A stretch of DNA of 64,000 nucleotides from the human T2T-CHM13v2.0 reference genome, Homo sapiens: assembly GCF_009914755.1 (NCBI RefSeq), contig NC_060930.1; one strand, given 5' to 3'. Positions within the stretch are counted from its first letter, which is position 1, and each line of letters opens with the position of its first letter. A program made the translations under genes and the position numbers. Under the pieces are notes generated by a model. The model was given only the letters and a program-made list of their open reading frames with translations, was not told where the DNA came from and ran no database searches. Positions 14,415 to 27,915 of the stretch are shown one piece after another.

Positions 14415-16849
14415 TTTTTTATGAGAATAGAATCTCCTTGATATACTAATAAATTGCTTTTTTATTCTACTCAACTACTTTTCCATGTTTGTTTATAAAG
14501 ATATCATGTTTAGTTTTTAAAACTAGACTTTAAAAATTATATAGGTTTACACAGAATAAAGAACACAGAGAACTCTTTATTAAAAATAAAAGTGCTTTCC
14601 TTCTGTCCTCCACCCCACAGTAACACTGTGGTCTTTGGAATCTTGCAAAAACATACACAAGGGTACGCATATGTACTTGTTTACTTCTGTGTATTTTTTT
14701 TTTTTTACATAAATGGAATTGCACTATATAGTTCTGTAGCTCAGTTTTTAAAATTTGGTATTAAAATGTTCTTTCAGTTAGGGCCAAAGGGCATTTAACT
14801 TCAAGGTAAGACCCATTCCAGGACGGCAGAGATCATGTCTGTCTTGCGTATCCCTGTGTGAATTTTGCCTGACATGTTGCAAACACTCCGTATGGAAGTC
14901 TTGAGGGTCTTCTTCCCCAGTCAGAAAACCTCTGGGAGAACAGTTATCCCCAGACCTCAGACGCTCGACGGATACATGAGAAGCTTTCTTTGATGGATTC
15001 GATGTCAGGATCTCCATGTGAACTTCCACTTAGAGGTGTCATGCTATGGTGAGTCCCATTCCTAAGCATGGTAACAATTTGGTGCCCCAAAGTCTATAGG
15101 GGAGTGCACGTACATGGCTGGGGAGGGAATAAAGAGGCCAAAGAGGTCAGCAGCCCTTGGTGCTGCTGAAATTCTCCCTAAACCAGCAATCAATAAAATA
15201 CATCTTATCTTCTTTGGATTAGAAAATTCAACTTTGATAGCAGAACAATATTCTTAGTAATTAGTAAGATTATTAATAAAGAATCTTAGATTCTTAGGGG
15301 ATTCTTTTAGTGAATTACAAAACTAGTTGTGTGCATGCATGTGTAAGCTGAAATATATCAGTAACAATATTAAATAATGTGTGTATTTGAGTTCTAATAT
15401 ATCAAATTACAATTTATTTAAGATATGCATCCTATAATACTCTTCCTCACCAAACAGTTTCTAATGTGATAGTTGGTTTTTAATTCTCTAGTGCTAGAAA
15501 AAGAAAGTGATTCATGTCACTGAATTTGAGCATCATTTCAGGGCATTAAAAAACCCAAATAACATTTCAGAAGACTTTTGATCATAATTTTGGGGTTAAT
15601 AGAAATTAAAATCAATATATGGTAGCCTTGAGTAAGAGACAAAACCTATCTACTGGAGAGACTTCAAAGGTCAACGGATCCCAGAAAGGCTCTAACTTAT
15701 TAGAGACATTTATCATGCATTGCCTTTGGGACATTAAAATGTCACCCTCAGGATTTATGGTTTTTGCAAAATGTGTACAATTTCTGTGGGGAATTTTTCT
15801 TATCCCAAAGGACAGGGATAATAGAAAGGAAGCCTTTTATTAGGGCTTACTTTTAAAATGTTCTGAAAGCACTAAAGAGTCAGGATGACTGTTGTCCAGC
15901 TGGCTACAGGCAGTTGGCACATAAATCACAAGGAATTGGCCATAGTGAGACTCTGCACAGAACAGCTTGCACAAATTGGCAACTGATCATTCCCTCTCCT
16001 TTATTTCTGTATAAACTGTTTACAGAAAACTATGCGGCAGAGTGTCTGAGAATAGTGACTTTCTAATCCCTAGTAATTCCTAGGAAATGTAATTGTAGGA
16101 ACAAATTTCATAAAGTATCTTCAGTCTTACATAAATCTGTGTAAATCACAGATCCCTTTAAATGCCGTTTGGATAGCAGAGCTCTAGCTGGAACTGCAAC
16201 CTGACTTCCCTCTGGAGCTTCCTGAAGGCAGCTTGCTGATTCCCTGGTGGAACCCTTGCCTTCCCAGACTGACCAACCCTTGCCAACAGCCATCAGTTCT
16301 TTCCAGATAATTCGGGACAATGTCACCCCCTTTGCTGTGTCAAGAACTTGCCCCTTGAATTTTAAAAGCATCTGCCTTTCATAAGAAAACTCAATTTTCT
16401 GCTGCTGACTTATTTACCCACAGAGTTGCAGATGCCTAAATTGAAGTGACTTGTTGCTATTCTTGGCTGTGAACAGGCTCTCTCTGTTGAAAACTGAAAA
16501 CCTGTGTGGTGGATGGCACGAGTCCTGTTGAATGGTGCAAACGTCCCCTGCACAAAAGCACTATTAGGATGAATGAGAAATGACAAAGTGAGAACTGGAC
16601 ATAATTTGTTAACAGCTTCCGAAGTTGATGAGGATCAATGAAGATCCTCTTGGAATGCAGGGTATCCATGTTCTTCTTTCAACTTGCACATCATAATAAA
16701 ATAATAGTTTGTGTTTGTACAAATGTATAAAATAAGTAAGTATCATGTTAAAGACATAGATCTGTGAACACAGAGCTGGTAAAGTTTTCTTTCTGCTGTT
16801 CACATGGGGAAAATCAGATGGCCCAATGTAGAAATGGACACTGAATTTG

Positions 16850-17935
16850 GTTGTCATCCAAATGGGTCCATGTCACTCTTCAAAATGTATCTCCAGTCCT
16901 GCCCCCTTCTCCATTTGTGCTGTCACTGACCCACCCTAGGCCTCTAGGATCTCTCACCTGGATGATGTCTGTACCCTGCTAAATTGTCCCTCTCATTGGC
17001 TTCCATTAATTTATCTTTTTGGACCATTGTCAAATTGTGATCCATATATTACCCATACCTATTATGTCATTCCCGTTTATAACCTTTTGGAGTTTTTTCT
17101 CACCTTACAGAATGAAGTCCAACTAAGACTCTCAGTGTCACCTCTGCCTGTTGCTCCAGGCTCAGTCCCACGCTTCTGTGGGCATCCTATGCTAATAGGT
17201 TTGCATTCCTCATGCTAAATGATCTCTGTCACCTCTGTGCCTTCGTTTCTGTTGCCCTCTCTACCTGAGACATTTTCCCCTTTCTCTTGGCTGGCCTAAC
17301 TATTGATTATCCATTAAAATTCAACTCCTATACTGCCTTCTCCAAACATCCTTCCCTGGCACACTGTCCATCAGGGTAGGTAAGCTGCCCAGCCCCTTGT
17401 GGGCCCCCTAGTCCTGCAGGCTTTGCTCTCACTGCACTTGAATATTGGAGCATAGTAACTGCAATGTTTGGAGTGTTTTTCTCCCCTGCAAAGTTCACAT
17501 CTAACCCCCAAATTGATGATATTAAGAGGTAAGGCCTTTGAGAGGTGATTAGGTCATGAAGCCTCCAACCTCATTAATGGAATTAGTGTCTTTATAAAAG
17601 AGGCCCAAGGGGACTTGTTCACCCCTTCGGCCATCTGTGAGTTGGAGAGCTAGCCCTCACGAGACACTGAATCTGGTGACAACTTGATTTTGGACTTCCC
17701 AGCCTCCAGAACTGTGGAGATAAATTTCTGTTGTTTATGAATTATCTGACCTAAGATACTTTGTTATAGCAATCTCAATGAACTAAGACAGTAATCTAAT
17801 TATGCATCCTCTGGTCTATGACATGCTTGAACACATAAACTGTAACTTATTCATTGTTGTGTTCTCACCCAAATACAGCACCACATCTGACATATAGTTG
17901 GTACCTCATAAATGTCTGATGAATGAATAAATGAG
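16850..17935 (+). mobile_element. L2 LINE 3' fragment interrupted by an MLT1 LTR
   Basis: Pyrimidine-rich L2-like text (ATCTCTCACCTGGAT...) and L2-type 3' end CATAAATGTCTGATGAATGAATAAATGA. Confidence 0.65.
17460..17790 (+). mobile_element. MaLR solo LTR (MLT1A-like)
   Basis: TG...CTAAGACA termini, GGCCTTTGAGAGGTGATTAGGTCATGA and GGACTTCCCAGCCTCCAGAACTGTG; 5-bp TSD-like GTAAC/GTAAT. Confidence 0.88.
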
Positions 17936-19079
17936 GCTGGATAGGCAACATGAGGTAAAAGAAGAGTTTATATTTTCATACTAGGTTTATGGGGTTTATA
18001 GTAGGTTTTAGATAAGATTTATGGTAGGTTTTACATAAGTTTATATAAGGCTTATAAGAAATATATGCTTATTTATAAATAAGTAGAATAATTAAAAATA
18101 ATTTATAGAGCTTAAAAACACATTAGAGAGCATCTAGTCCTATGCTTTTCTTTTACAAATGGGCAACCAGAAGCCCAGAGAAGTTATGACCTGTCCAAGG
18201 CCCCACAGTAAGGTAATAACCTCTGAACAGATCCACATATAGTATTTGTGGGGCCCACTGTATGAATTGAGGTCTGTACAATATATGCTTTAATATTTAT
18301 GTTCAAGTAAAGAATATCACGATTCCCTAATGGCACATTTAACCATACATATGTACAAATTAAAGAACACAAAGTGCTTAATATTGTAAACTGTTCCTCA
18401 GCCGCCATGTGAAACTAAGGTAAATACCACACTAACTCTTAAATATTTCTGGAACCACCAATTCAAAGTTGAAGAGGAGCAAGAAAATTGCAGCTTAGCA
18501 CTACTGGGAAGTGATACTTGGTTTTGCGATTTGAAAGGACTTGACAAATTAATTAATTTGTCTTTTTCTTTACCAAAGTGCTCCTGCGACCTAATACTCC
18601 CCATATCCCAAAGCATCGCCCATCTCAGCTGTCAGCAGTGGCACAGCCTGCAAGACTTCATGGCATTTGGTCACAGTCCTTCTGTCCTGATGACATCAGG
18701 CGAAAGAAGTGCCACAGTGTTTCCCTGGGGCCTGAAGAGTATTAATCACACAGTCAGATGTTGGGCTGTGTGATACCAGGACTGAGTATCCATTTGTTGG
18801 TTAATAAGTGTGTGTGCTTATGATATGGGAAGTCCTCTAAAGCCAAGGGCCCAGGGCAAGAGTTCCTCTTGCCTCACTCTATGAGCAATATTAAATGGGA
18901 AAGAAATTCATACACAGTAACTATCAAGCTCGCCATTAAAATGCCCTATTAAGGTATTATCTGAGAATTTAGAAGAAGGTAATAGTGCCTTAGGGTACCT
19001 AATACAGGTTTTTTTACATTCTTATGGCATTGCATTTAGGATCATCTAAAGTATAAAGGCCTAAGGGGAAAGAACAAGA

Positions 19080-19270
19080 AACTGGGAATTTGCAGTCCTG
19101 GATTGTTTTCTTAAATCTACTAATTACCTACTGGGTAACTTTGAGAAAACACAACCTGTTAATGGTTAGCCATTTCAGTTTCTCTACCCATAAAATAAGC
19201 CATAAATTATCTACACCCATGCAAAAGTGCTGGGAGAAGAAATGTTCAAATGAAAGGTATTGTAAAATTA
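19080..19270 (+). mobile_element. MIR-like SINE, degenerate
   Basis: CTACTGGGTAACTTTGAGAAA...TTTCAGTTTCTCTACCCATAAAATAAG. Confidence 0.5.
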
Positions 19271-21905
19271 TAACATGGTTTTACAAAGTTTAAAAGCTGC
19301 TCTGACCTCCACTTAAATTTACATGATGTCAGACTTCCACAGAGAGGGTCTCCAATAGAACTAGTCTTAGATGCAGTCGTGTGTTTTCTTTTAGCTACTC
19401 AAAATGAGTAACTAAGAAAGGTGTTTTATAAATCCAATCTATTTTCTTGAGAAAATGAATGGTTTACGTGTAACATATACCTATCATGTTAAAAGACTTT
19501 ATTGTGAAGATAAGAATGTTGACTGAGAGCCTCTTCCTTTCTATTTATATCCCATCTCTTGTCAGCATGGTGCCTGTCCCCTTCTGGGCTGCCAGAGACT
19601 CCCTACTTCTCCTTGACTGGTTATAAAACTGCCAGTCTTTTGCCTTCCCGGGCCACATTTAAGCTGTTCTGAGTTCTTGAATCTGCCAGAACAACCTGTG
19701 ATTTGGATTAAGGTTGTATCAAGAAACTCAAAGACCCTGAGACAAATGTGGTTAAAAGCAGATATTTTCTTGATGTAGGATTGGGGACCAACATCACAAG
19801 CTTTATTGAGGAGGCATTCCAAGAGAGCTGACCACACCAAAACAGTCTCATGTGTTCTGAAGGGCTATGGTTTCCCTGCTGCATGGCTGGAGTCATTCTT
19901 CCCTCACAAAGCACATTGTGCTTTATAGATGCAGAGAGAATACACTTTGACCTCTAATTCAGGCATGGAAACAAGCAGTGCTGAGCTGGTCTCTGGTGAC
20001 TCCCAGGGTCTGGAACCACTGGACAGAGCAAGGTTGGGGTGGGCTTTGATGACCTCTTTCTGAGGTTCTAGGCTAACAAACTAATCACAAGGAATGGGCG
20101 ACTCGTAGTGCTGCCTGGGAGGCAGATGATACACTTGCATTTTCCTTTTTCCATGGTGAGGCAGTTCCTCACTTTGAGAGAACCATGATTCTCATGGCAT
20201 GTATTTCTTATTTTCTTTAGCTCCCTGTGCCAAACTCTCTCCTCAGAACCTGTCACAGCCTTAGCCACTATAGATGCTCAACAAATATTTGTTGAATAAA
20301 CAAATAAAACATCGCTTCCTTATTCTTCTGTTGGTATTCCATTAAAAAATGGATACCCCACTTACAAGAACTTCAGAAGAACTTTCCCATTCTAAAGTTC
20401 CCAGAAATCCAAATGGACAAAATATTTCCATTTTAATTTTTAAAGATCAGAAGAATGCAGTGACCACAGTTTATATTTTCCCTCCTATTCTCCTCAGGGC
20501 CTGTGTTGCTCATTTAAATGCAATTTGACGTATGTTTGGGTCAGTGGCCTCAGTCCGGAGGCTCTTACAGTAACTTGGCACTGTGGAAATCCCAGAACTT
20601 CGGCCAGGGTCTGGAGGAGACGCGTGGGGTTGGGGGCACTGAGGGCCACTCTCATTAAGCCTCAGGCAGTGGTCCGGCCTGCCTTGGGCAGGAGATCTCT
20701 GGACTAGTTAGCTTGGTTTAGCATGGAAACAGTCAGCAATGCCTGAGAAAGCCACGAGGCTGGTCAAGATGACTAGGAAGATTATAAACCAGAAAACTTC
20801 CGCCTTGGTATTTGAAAACCACATGGAATTTTACAACATTCTTGCCTATTAACTGCTGGGAAGGGCACTACCTTATTGCCTTGTGCATAATGGAACCAAT
20901 CTTTCCCCTCAGAGGCCCCCGTGTTGCTTTGATCAAGTTCAAAAGATGAGGGGAATGATGACTAAGGGCCTTGGGAACCAGACTGAAGAATCTCACAGAC
21001 ATACTCCAGGGTTTTTTGGGGATTGTTTGTTTTCTTTTCTGACGCATCATTTTGGTAAACAATTCCTATAGTCTGTGCACTTATCAAATTCCTTACCCAA
21101 ATATTTGCTATTTATAAAATAATCAAGGAAACAGACTTGTGTTTATTATTCCTAAATCAGCCACAGTTTGATGAATTAAAAACAGTCTTACTTTTTCCTC
21201 CTTCCTCTCCCTTTACCAGCCTCTTGTAAAAGTGCCAGCATTATACACCCAACTCTCTCTTTAGACAGTAAAAATGAAAAATAAAAGTGACCTTCGTGAA
21301 CTGTGCATTGCCTCTGCATAGTCTGTTAGACTTCGGGCCAGCAGCCAACCCCCCTTAGCACCAGAGGTAGATCTTTGGAAGCGATTGAGTTGGAAAGGGA
21401 TACAGTAAATGTCTGTTTCCGGTTCACAGGGGCCTCAGCGTCACCACATCGTTTGGACGTCTGACCAGTTTCCTGACTTTGAGAGTCTCTTACTTTAAAC
21501 ATGAGGGATCAGCCCTAGAAAGGAAAGGAAAGACACACGCAAGAGTCTGCCTCTGACTCCACCGGCGGCCACTCTCAGGATGGGTCCTCCAGACGGGATT
21601 TAAACAGAACTGTTTTGATAGGGACAGTGCTTTCTGTTGCTGTCCTGGGGCAGGGTGATGGCGAGGACACAGGGTGCTTTCAGATCCTCTGCGTGGACAA
21701 GACCAGCTCTGGGCCAGCTTCCAGGAAGCCCCACTGGTAGCGACAGAACATGTCCAATTCAGAAAGCCCTTCAGGGCTGGTTCAACTGGATATCGTATTT
21801 AAATGGATCTATTTATATTTCATATGTGTGAAAGAAAGGCTTTGTTGGATGAACACATTTACACTTTTCTTTTTTTTTTTTTTTTTACTGATTAAAATTT
21901 TATTA

Positions 21906-22197
<292 letters not shown>

Positions 22198-22224
22198 TTA
22201 TTTTTTCTAATTTGCAAATTGTAA

Positions 22225-22482
22225 TGTTTTATTTTTTATTTTTTGTAGGTACATAGTAGGTGTATATATTTATGGGATACGTGAGATGTTTTGATACAGG
22301 CATGCAATGTGAAATAAGCACATCATGGAGAATGAGGTATCCATCCCCTTGAGCATTTATCCAATCACACTCTTTAAGTTATGTTAAAATGTACAATTAA
22401 GTTATTATTGACTATAGTCACCCTCTTGTGCTATCAAATAGGTCTCACTCATTCTTTCTATTCTTTTGTACCCATTAACCCC
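22225..22482 (-). mobile_element. L1MA 3' end fragment
   Basis: GGTACATAGTAGGTGTATATATTTATGGGATACGTGAGATGTTTTGATACAGGCATGCAATG, the typical reverse-strand L1MA 3'UTR. Confidence 0.85.
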
Positions 22483-22823
22483 ACTTAAACTTTTCTTTCT
22501 GAAAGAGACAAACTTGCTAAATTATCATGAGGAGAGAACCAAAGAATTCTAATGAATCATTTTATTTAAAAAATAACTACAGTTATCCTTTACCAAACTA
22601 AAATTCCAGGTCTGCAACAACTTCGATTTGGCACAGAGTTGCTGCAAAGCTTAATGTGTATATTTACACACTTCAGCCCTCTTAAAAGCCATCCTACTAT
22701 TGATGTCCCCATCGAGTCCTTAGTTTCCTATGTTTCTATGTTTCTAAGTGGAACAGCAAGTCTCACCTACCTTTAGAGTCCACGCTCTAATTGCTTTCAT
22801 TCCTTTATAATATGCTGAGCTCA

Positions 22824-23186
<363 letters not shown>

Positions 23187-25416
23187 CTAACTTTTGAGGA
23201 GAATGGGCTCTGTTTGGCATGATTTGGCTGAGAGAGGCAAAAGCATGCAGCCTCCCACAGGAAACGATGGGAGAAACACCAGCAGCAGATGTAGGCAGAT
23301 GTTTATGGAAAATGGTGCACAACATATTCAGAAGTAAAAATTTCATATTTGTGAATACAAATTTCATTTACCATTATGAAAATAAACATTTCAGTAAATC
23401 ATTTCATAACTAGAGGGATCCCAGAGGCAGGAGTCATCTCACCTTCCAAAATAATAGCAGCCAGCCAGGGTATGGCAGTGGCAGCAATGACACTTCTACC
23501 TCTAGCTGCCAGTCATAGGCATCCTAGCAACCTCTGTCAGGAGAAGAGTGGGAGGGAAAATGTTTTTTTTTCCTCCAAGCATTATGAAACAACTAGGGAG
23601 GCTAGTCTCTGAGGATTTGATCTAAGGCTTGCCCAAATTACTTTCTCTCAGGAACTTTTGCCTTGAACCAATTTTAGGCACCAAACTAGTTCTCTCTTGC
23701 TGGAAGAACGTGATTGTATTGTCTGAAATTGTGCATGCTTCCTTGTAGGATGCCAGTGGAAAACCCCAACCATGCCCTTTCCCACTAAATTATTAGGATT
23801 TCACTTTCCAGTAAATGCAAAAAGAACATGCAAGCATGGCTAAGAGGTTTTTTTCTAATTAAAAAGCTACACTTTTTATCTTAACATTTCTACTTCTGTA
23901 AGCTTTATGTGGGCATGAGACCATACCATTTGTCTTTACATCCCCACAATACCCAGTAATATTTATGTACATAATTGGAGATGAATAATGATTCTCTTAG
24001 ATAAAGAAACTTGTCCACCCACCTCTACCACAAATGAAAATCCTTTTTCTTATAGAACTTTTTGGCCAAGCAAAGGCTCATGATATCTGTAATATCTGTG
24101 ATAGAGAAGCAGTGAGGATAGTTCTTATTCCACAGTCCAGCATGAAATTCTAGAATGATGATTGGCCTTTTCTGTTCACTTTCACTCTCTTGGAGGGAAG
24201 GAGGAATGTGAATAATTGAAAAACGAGTTACAACTCAAACAAAACACATATGAATTTGGCTTTGCTCTGTGGTGAATCCCACAACTCGATAGTGCCCTCC
24301 ACTCTTTTCTGTCTATCCTTAACTCAAACCTCTGTCTAGTTGACCAAGACCCAGCTGGGAGGAGGATCCAGGAAAAGGTTCCAGAGTGGGGATGGGAGAA
24401 GGTGCTGGAATGAAGGACTCAAGAGACGCATATGAAGCTCATTTTGACGCTTTATCACTTTGTATTGTTGAGAAATGCTTGTTCTGTCTTCACGCCTGAG
24501 GTTTCTTCTTGTCAACTTGGATGAATGGACTATAGAATGTACACATTTCCTGCTTGCACTGTGATTGAAAGTCCCATATAAATAAAAATTAGTTGACCTT
24601 TGCATTGTTGCGGTATTATGCCAAATGCAGAAAAGCTTAAGGGTATAATAATAAAAGCTAAAATGGATAAACTAAGTCTGACTTAGAGAATTATCAAAAT
24701 CTCAAAGCATTTCAGGGACAAAAAATGATTTTTAAAAAGTAAACATTTATATACTTTTAACTCTATATTTTATCACTGTTTCCTCCTACAGCTTATTTAA
24801 ATGCACATTCCAGTTATAATAATTTTGAGTAAATCCCCCAGTTGACTTGAATGTGTACAAACTTGCTCCTGGCCATTTGAATCTGATGCAATTCAGCAAA
24901 TTTTGAAATTTGTATTCCAGTTATTCAAGTAAATGAATAGTGTCATTTGATTATTTGACGTGATTTTTTTTTAAAAGCAGTTTTGAAAAACTGCTTCTGG
25001 GTATCAATACTAAAATGAAAACACTGGCTAAAATCATAAAAGCAGGAAAATTAATTTCAGGGCATTTTAAGCCTCCTCTGCTTCCTGGGCTCACAGGGCT
25101 TCAGAAGTGGAGAATCATTCTCTGATGTCACTGTTCTCTGAAAGCTGATCCATTCAAACCCATATGGTGGACATCTTTGAATCACACACTGGTTACATTT
25201 TTCAGTGCCTCAGAAAGCAGAATTTCCCCCCTTTTAATTCTCAAAAGCAAATTTGAATGAACTGTTTTACCCACCTGCAGCTTCCTCTGAGGAATATAAC
25301 TCTTTAATTCAATTCATAATGTCCTCATATTCTACAACCTCCAAATTATCCTAAATTATTAAATCTTAATTATTTGGGTTTAAAATTAAAATAAACAGTT
25401 TTAGTTTTAAATCTAA

Positions 25417-25829
<413 letters not shown>

Positions 25830-25889
25830 AACTTCCCATTTCTTTAATTCTCTACTGCAATCTACATCTTTGCTAATCAATAGAAAGTC

Positions 25890-26322
25890 AACATGGTTCC
25901 ACAGATTTTGGAAATGCAAAAACTTTTGGCTTTTAAAAGCCCCCTTCAAGCAGAAAAATCTATCTGCTGAACAATAAAGACCACATAAGAGAAAATGGAG
26001 TGTGGGCCCTCCCTACTGGTTTATGCCTCACATAGAGGTCCCTGGTGGTAGGGGCCTAGATAGAGAGACAGTGTAATAGAATTGCATTAACACAGTGTCC
26101 AAGAGTGCAGAATCCACAAATGGTTGATGGGCAGGCCTCTCCTGGTCTTTGTCTCCACCCTGTCTGGCTCACAACTCTACATTTCTATGGTTGCTTCGCT
26201 CCAATTAAACTTCAAGCTCAGCTTCCATCCTATGCAAACACCCTTTAATGTTTCTAGATCTCTTTCCTACCTGCACACATCCTTGTTTTGCATCTTTGTC
26301 TTGGAAGGACAAATAGCATGGT
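25890..26322 (+). repeat. Left copy of a 433-bp direct duplication of host DNA flanking the HERV stub
   Basis: Base-by-base comparison with 27916-28349 gives 5 substitutions and a 1-bp C-run indel; ORFs 26124-26330 and 28151-28351 are near-identical. Confidence 0.98.
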
Positions 26323-26694
26323 TCAGATAATGAAGGTTGTGCAGGAGAGGAAGGTTGAGGAAAAGGTGGAGGATCGTCAGATTCAGAAAATTGTGGTAAC
26401 TGTAGGGGCTGTCTCGGGATTGGTATGTCATCAGGACAGCACGTACTAAGGCCCAGTCACCCCAAATAGTTACGGGAACATAATTTCCTGTGGAGACCAG
26501 TTCCCTGAATGTTGTACCAACAAGATCCCATAGTTCTACATCTAAGGTTCCTTTTTCAGGAAACCAAGGACAGTATTTTTCTACTGACCTGAATAGAGTG
26601 AGCATATTTTCCATAGGCACTTAACACCACCCTGTTTTAACAGGAGTTTAATATAGCAGAGATAAGCATGATGCTTACACTCTGCATGATCCAT
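26323..26694 (-). pseudogene. gag: Frameshifted, truncated betaretroviral gag (matrix domain plus proline-rich region)
   Basis: MDHAECKHHAYLCYIKLLLKQGGVK / PMENMLTLFRSVEKYCPWFPEKGTLDVELWDLVG...VPVTIWGDWALVRAVL resembles the HERV-K Gag matrix (YLSFIKILLKRGGVKV...FCPWFPEQGTLD...WNDWAIIKAAL); frameshift near 26620 and probably near 26410 (alternative frame LQLPQFSESDDPPPFPQPSSPAQPS). Confidence 0.92.
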
Positions 26695-26832
26695 AGTTAA
26701 CCCAGACCTTACACAGACTACTGACCACTCGTCGGGGAGTCGAACACGCGTATCTGTGGACCAAGCCGATTGACGTTTCACTGCACGTACCAAAGGGAAT
26801 CGGGTTCCCTCATGCATTTAGGAAAAAAGAAA

Positions 26833-26848
26833 GACCACGTGGGTGCCA
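26833..26848 (-). other. Primer-binding site, degenerate tRNA-Lys type
   Basis: TGGCACCCACGTGGTC two bases after the LTR end; compare the Lys1,2 PBS TGGCGCCCAACGTGGGGC. Confidence 0.75.
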
Positions 26849-26850
26849 GA

Positions 26851-27915
26851 TATCGGGGAACCTGCCCCGATATTCATGTAGGTTCTTTTCTATTTTCCTT
26901 AAGCGTCGGCCGGCTTAAGAAATAAAGGGACAGAGTACAAAAGAGCAATTTTAAAGCTGGGCATCCAGGGGAGACAACACATGTCGGTGGGTTCCATGAT
27001 GCCCCATAAGCTGCAAAACCCACCAAGTTTTTATTAGGGAGTTTCAAAAGGGGAGGAAGTGTGCAAATAGGTGTGGGTCACAGACATCAAGTACTTTACA
27101 AGGTAATAGAATATCACAAGGCAAATGGAGGCAGGGCGAGATCACAGGACCACAGGACCGGGGCAAAATTAAAATTGCTAATGAAGTTTCGGGCACCATA
27201 GTCATTGATAACATCTTATCAGGAGACAGCGTTTTGAGATCAACCGGTCTGACGAAAATTTATTAGGCGGGAATTTCCTCTTCCTAATAAGCCTGGGAGC
27301 GCTATGGGAGACTGGAGTCTATTTCACCCCCGCAGTCTCAACCATAAGAGATGGCCATGCCCAGGGGAGCCAGTTCAGAGACCCACCCCTAGGTGCGCAT
27401 TCTCTTTCTCAGGGATGTTCCTTGCTGAGAAAAAGAATTCAGCGATATTTCTCCCATTTGCTTTTGAAAGAAGAGAAATATGGCTCTGTTCCGCCAGGCT
27501 CACCAGTGGTCAGTTTAAGGTTATCTCTCTTGTTTCCTAAACATTGCTGTTATCCCATTCTTTTTTCAAGGTGCCCAAATTTCATATTGCTCAAACACAC
27601 ATGCTGTACAATTTGTGCAGTTAATGCAATTATTACAGGGTCCTGAGTCGATATACATCCTCCTCAGCTGACAGGATTAAGAGATTAAAGTAAAGACAGG
27701 CATAGGAAATCACAAGGGTATTGATTGGGGAAGTGATAAGTGTCCATGAAATCTTTACAATTTATGTTTAGAGATTGCAGTAAAGACAGGCATAAGAAAT
27801 TATAAAATTATTAATTTGGGGAACTAATAAATGTCCATGAAATCTTCACAATCCATGTTCTTCTGCCATGGCTTCAGCCGGTCCATCCATTTGGGGTCCC
27901 TGACTTCCCGCAACA
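26851..27915 (-). mobile_element. MER11 LTR (subfamily A/B/C not resolved), ~1065 bp
   Basis: MER11-type 5' end; internal 90-bp-period U3 repeat (AGTAAAGACAGGCATA at 27689 and 27779); minus-strand AATAAA at 27030-27035; ends GGGGCAGGTTCCCCGATA. Confidence 0.9.

Larger units (their letters stand above)
26323..27915 (-). mobile_element. 3'-truncated HERV-K11/HML-8-type endogenous betaretrovirus (5' LTR, PBS, leader, partial gag)
   Basis: LTR starts TGTTGCGGGAAGTCAGGGACCCC on the minus strand (MER11-type), followed by a Lys-like PBS and a HERV-K-like matrix sequence; pro, pol, env and the 3' LTR are absent. Confidence 0.9.

Noticed and set aside
17980-18060. Degenerate GGTTTTATA-like repeats
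   Set aside because: Low-complexity decayed simple repeat with no further structure.
26267-26620. Functional or domesticated Gag matrix protein (117 aa)
   Set aside because: It is out of frame with the gag ATG, lacks the N-terminal Gly, probably shifts frame again near 26410 and ends in host sequence.
27689-27860. 90-bp tandem repeat as a separate element
   Set aside because: It is an intrinsic part of the MER11 U3 region.
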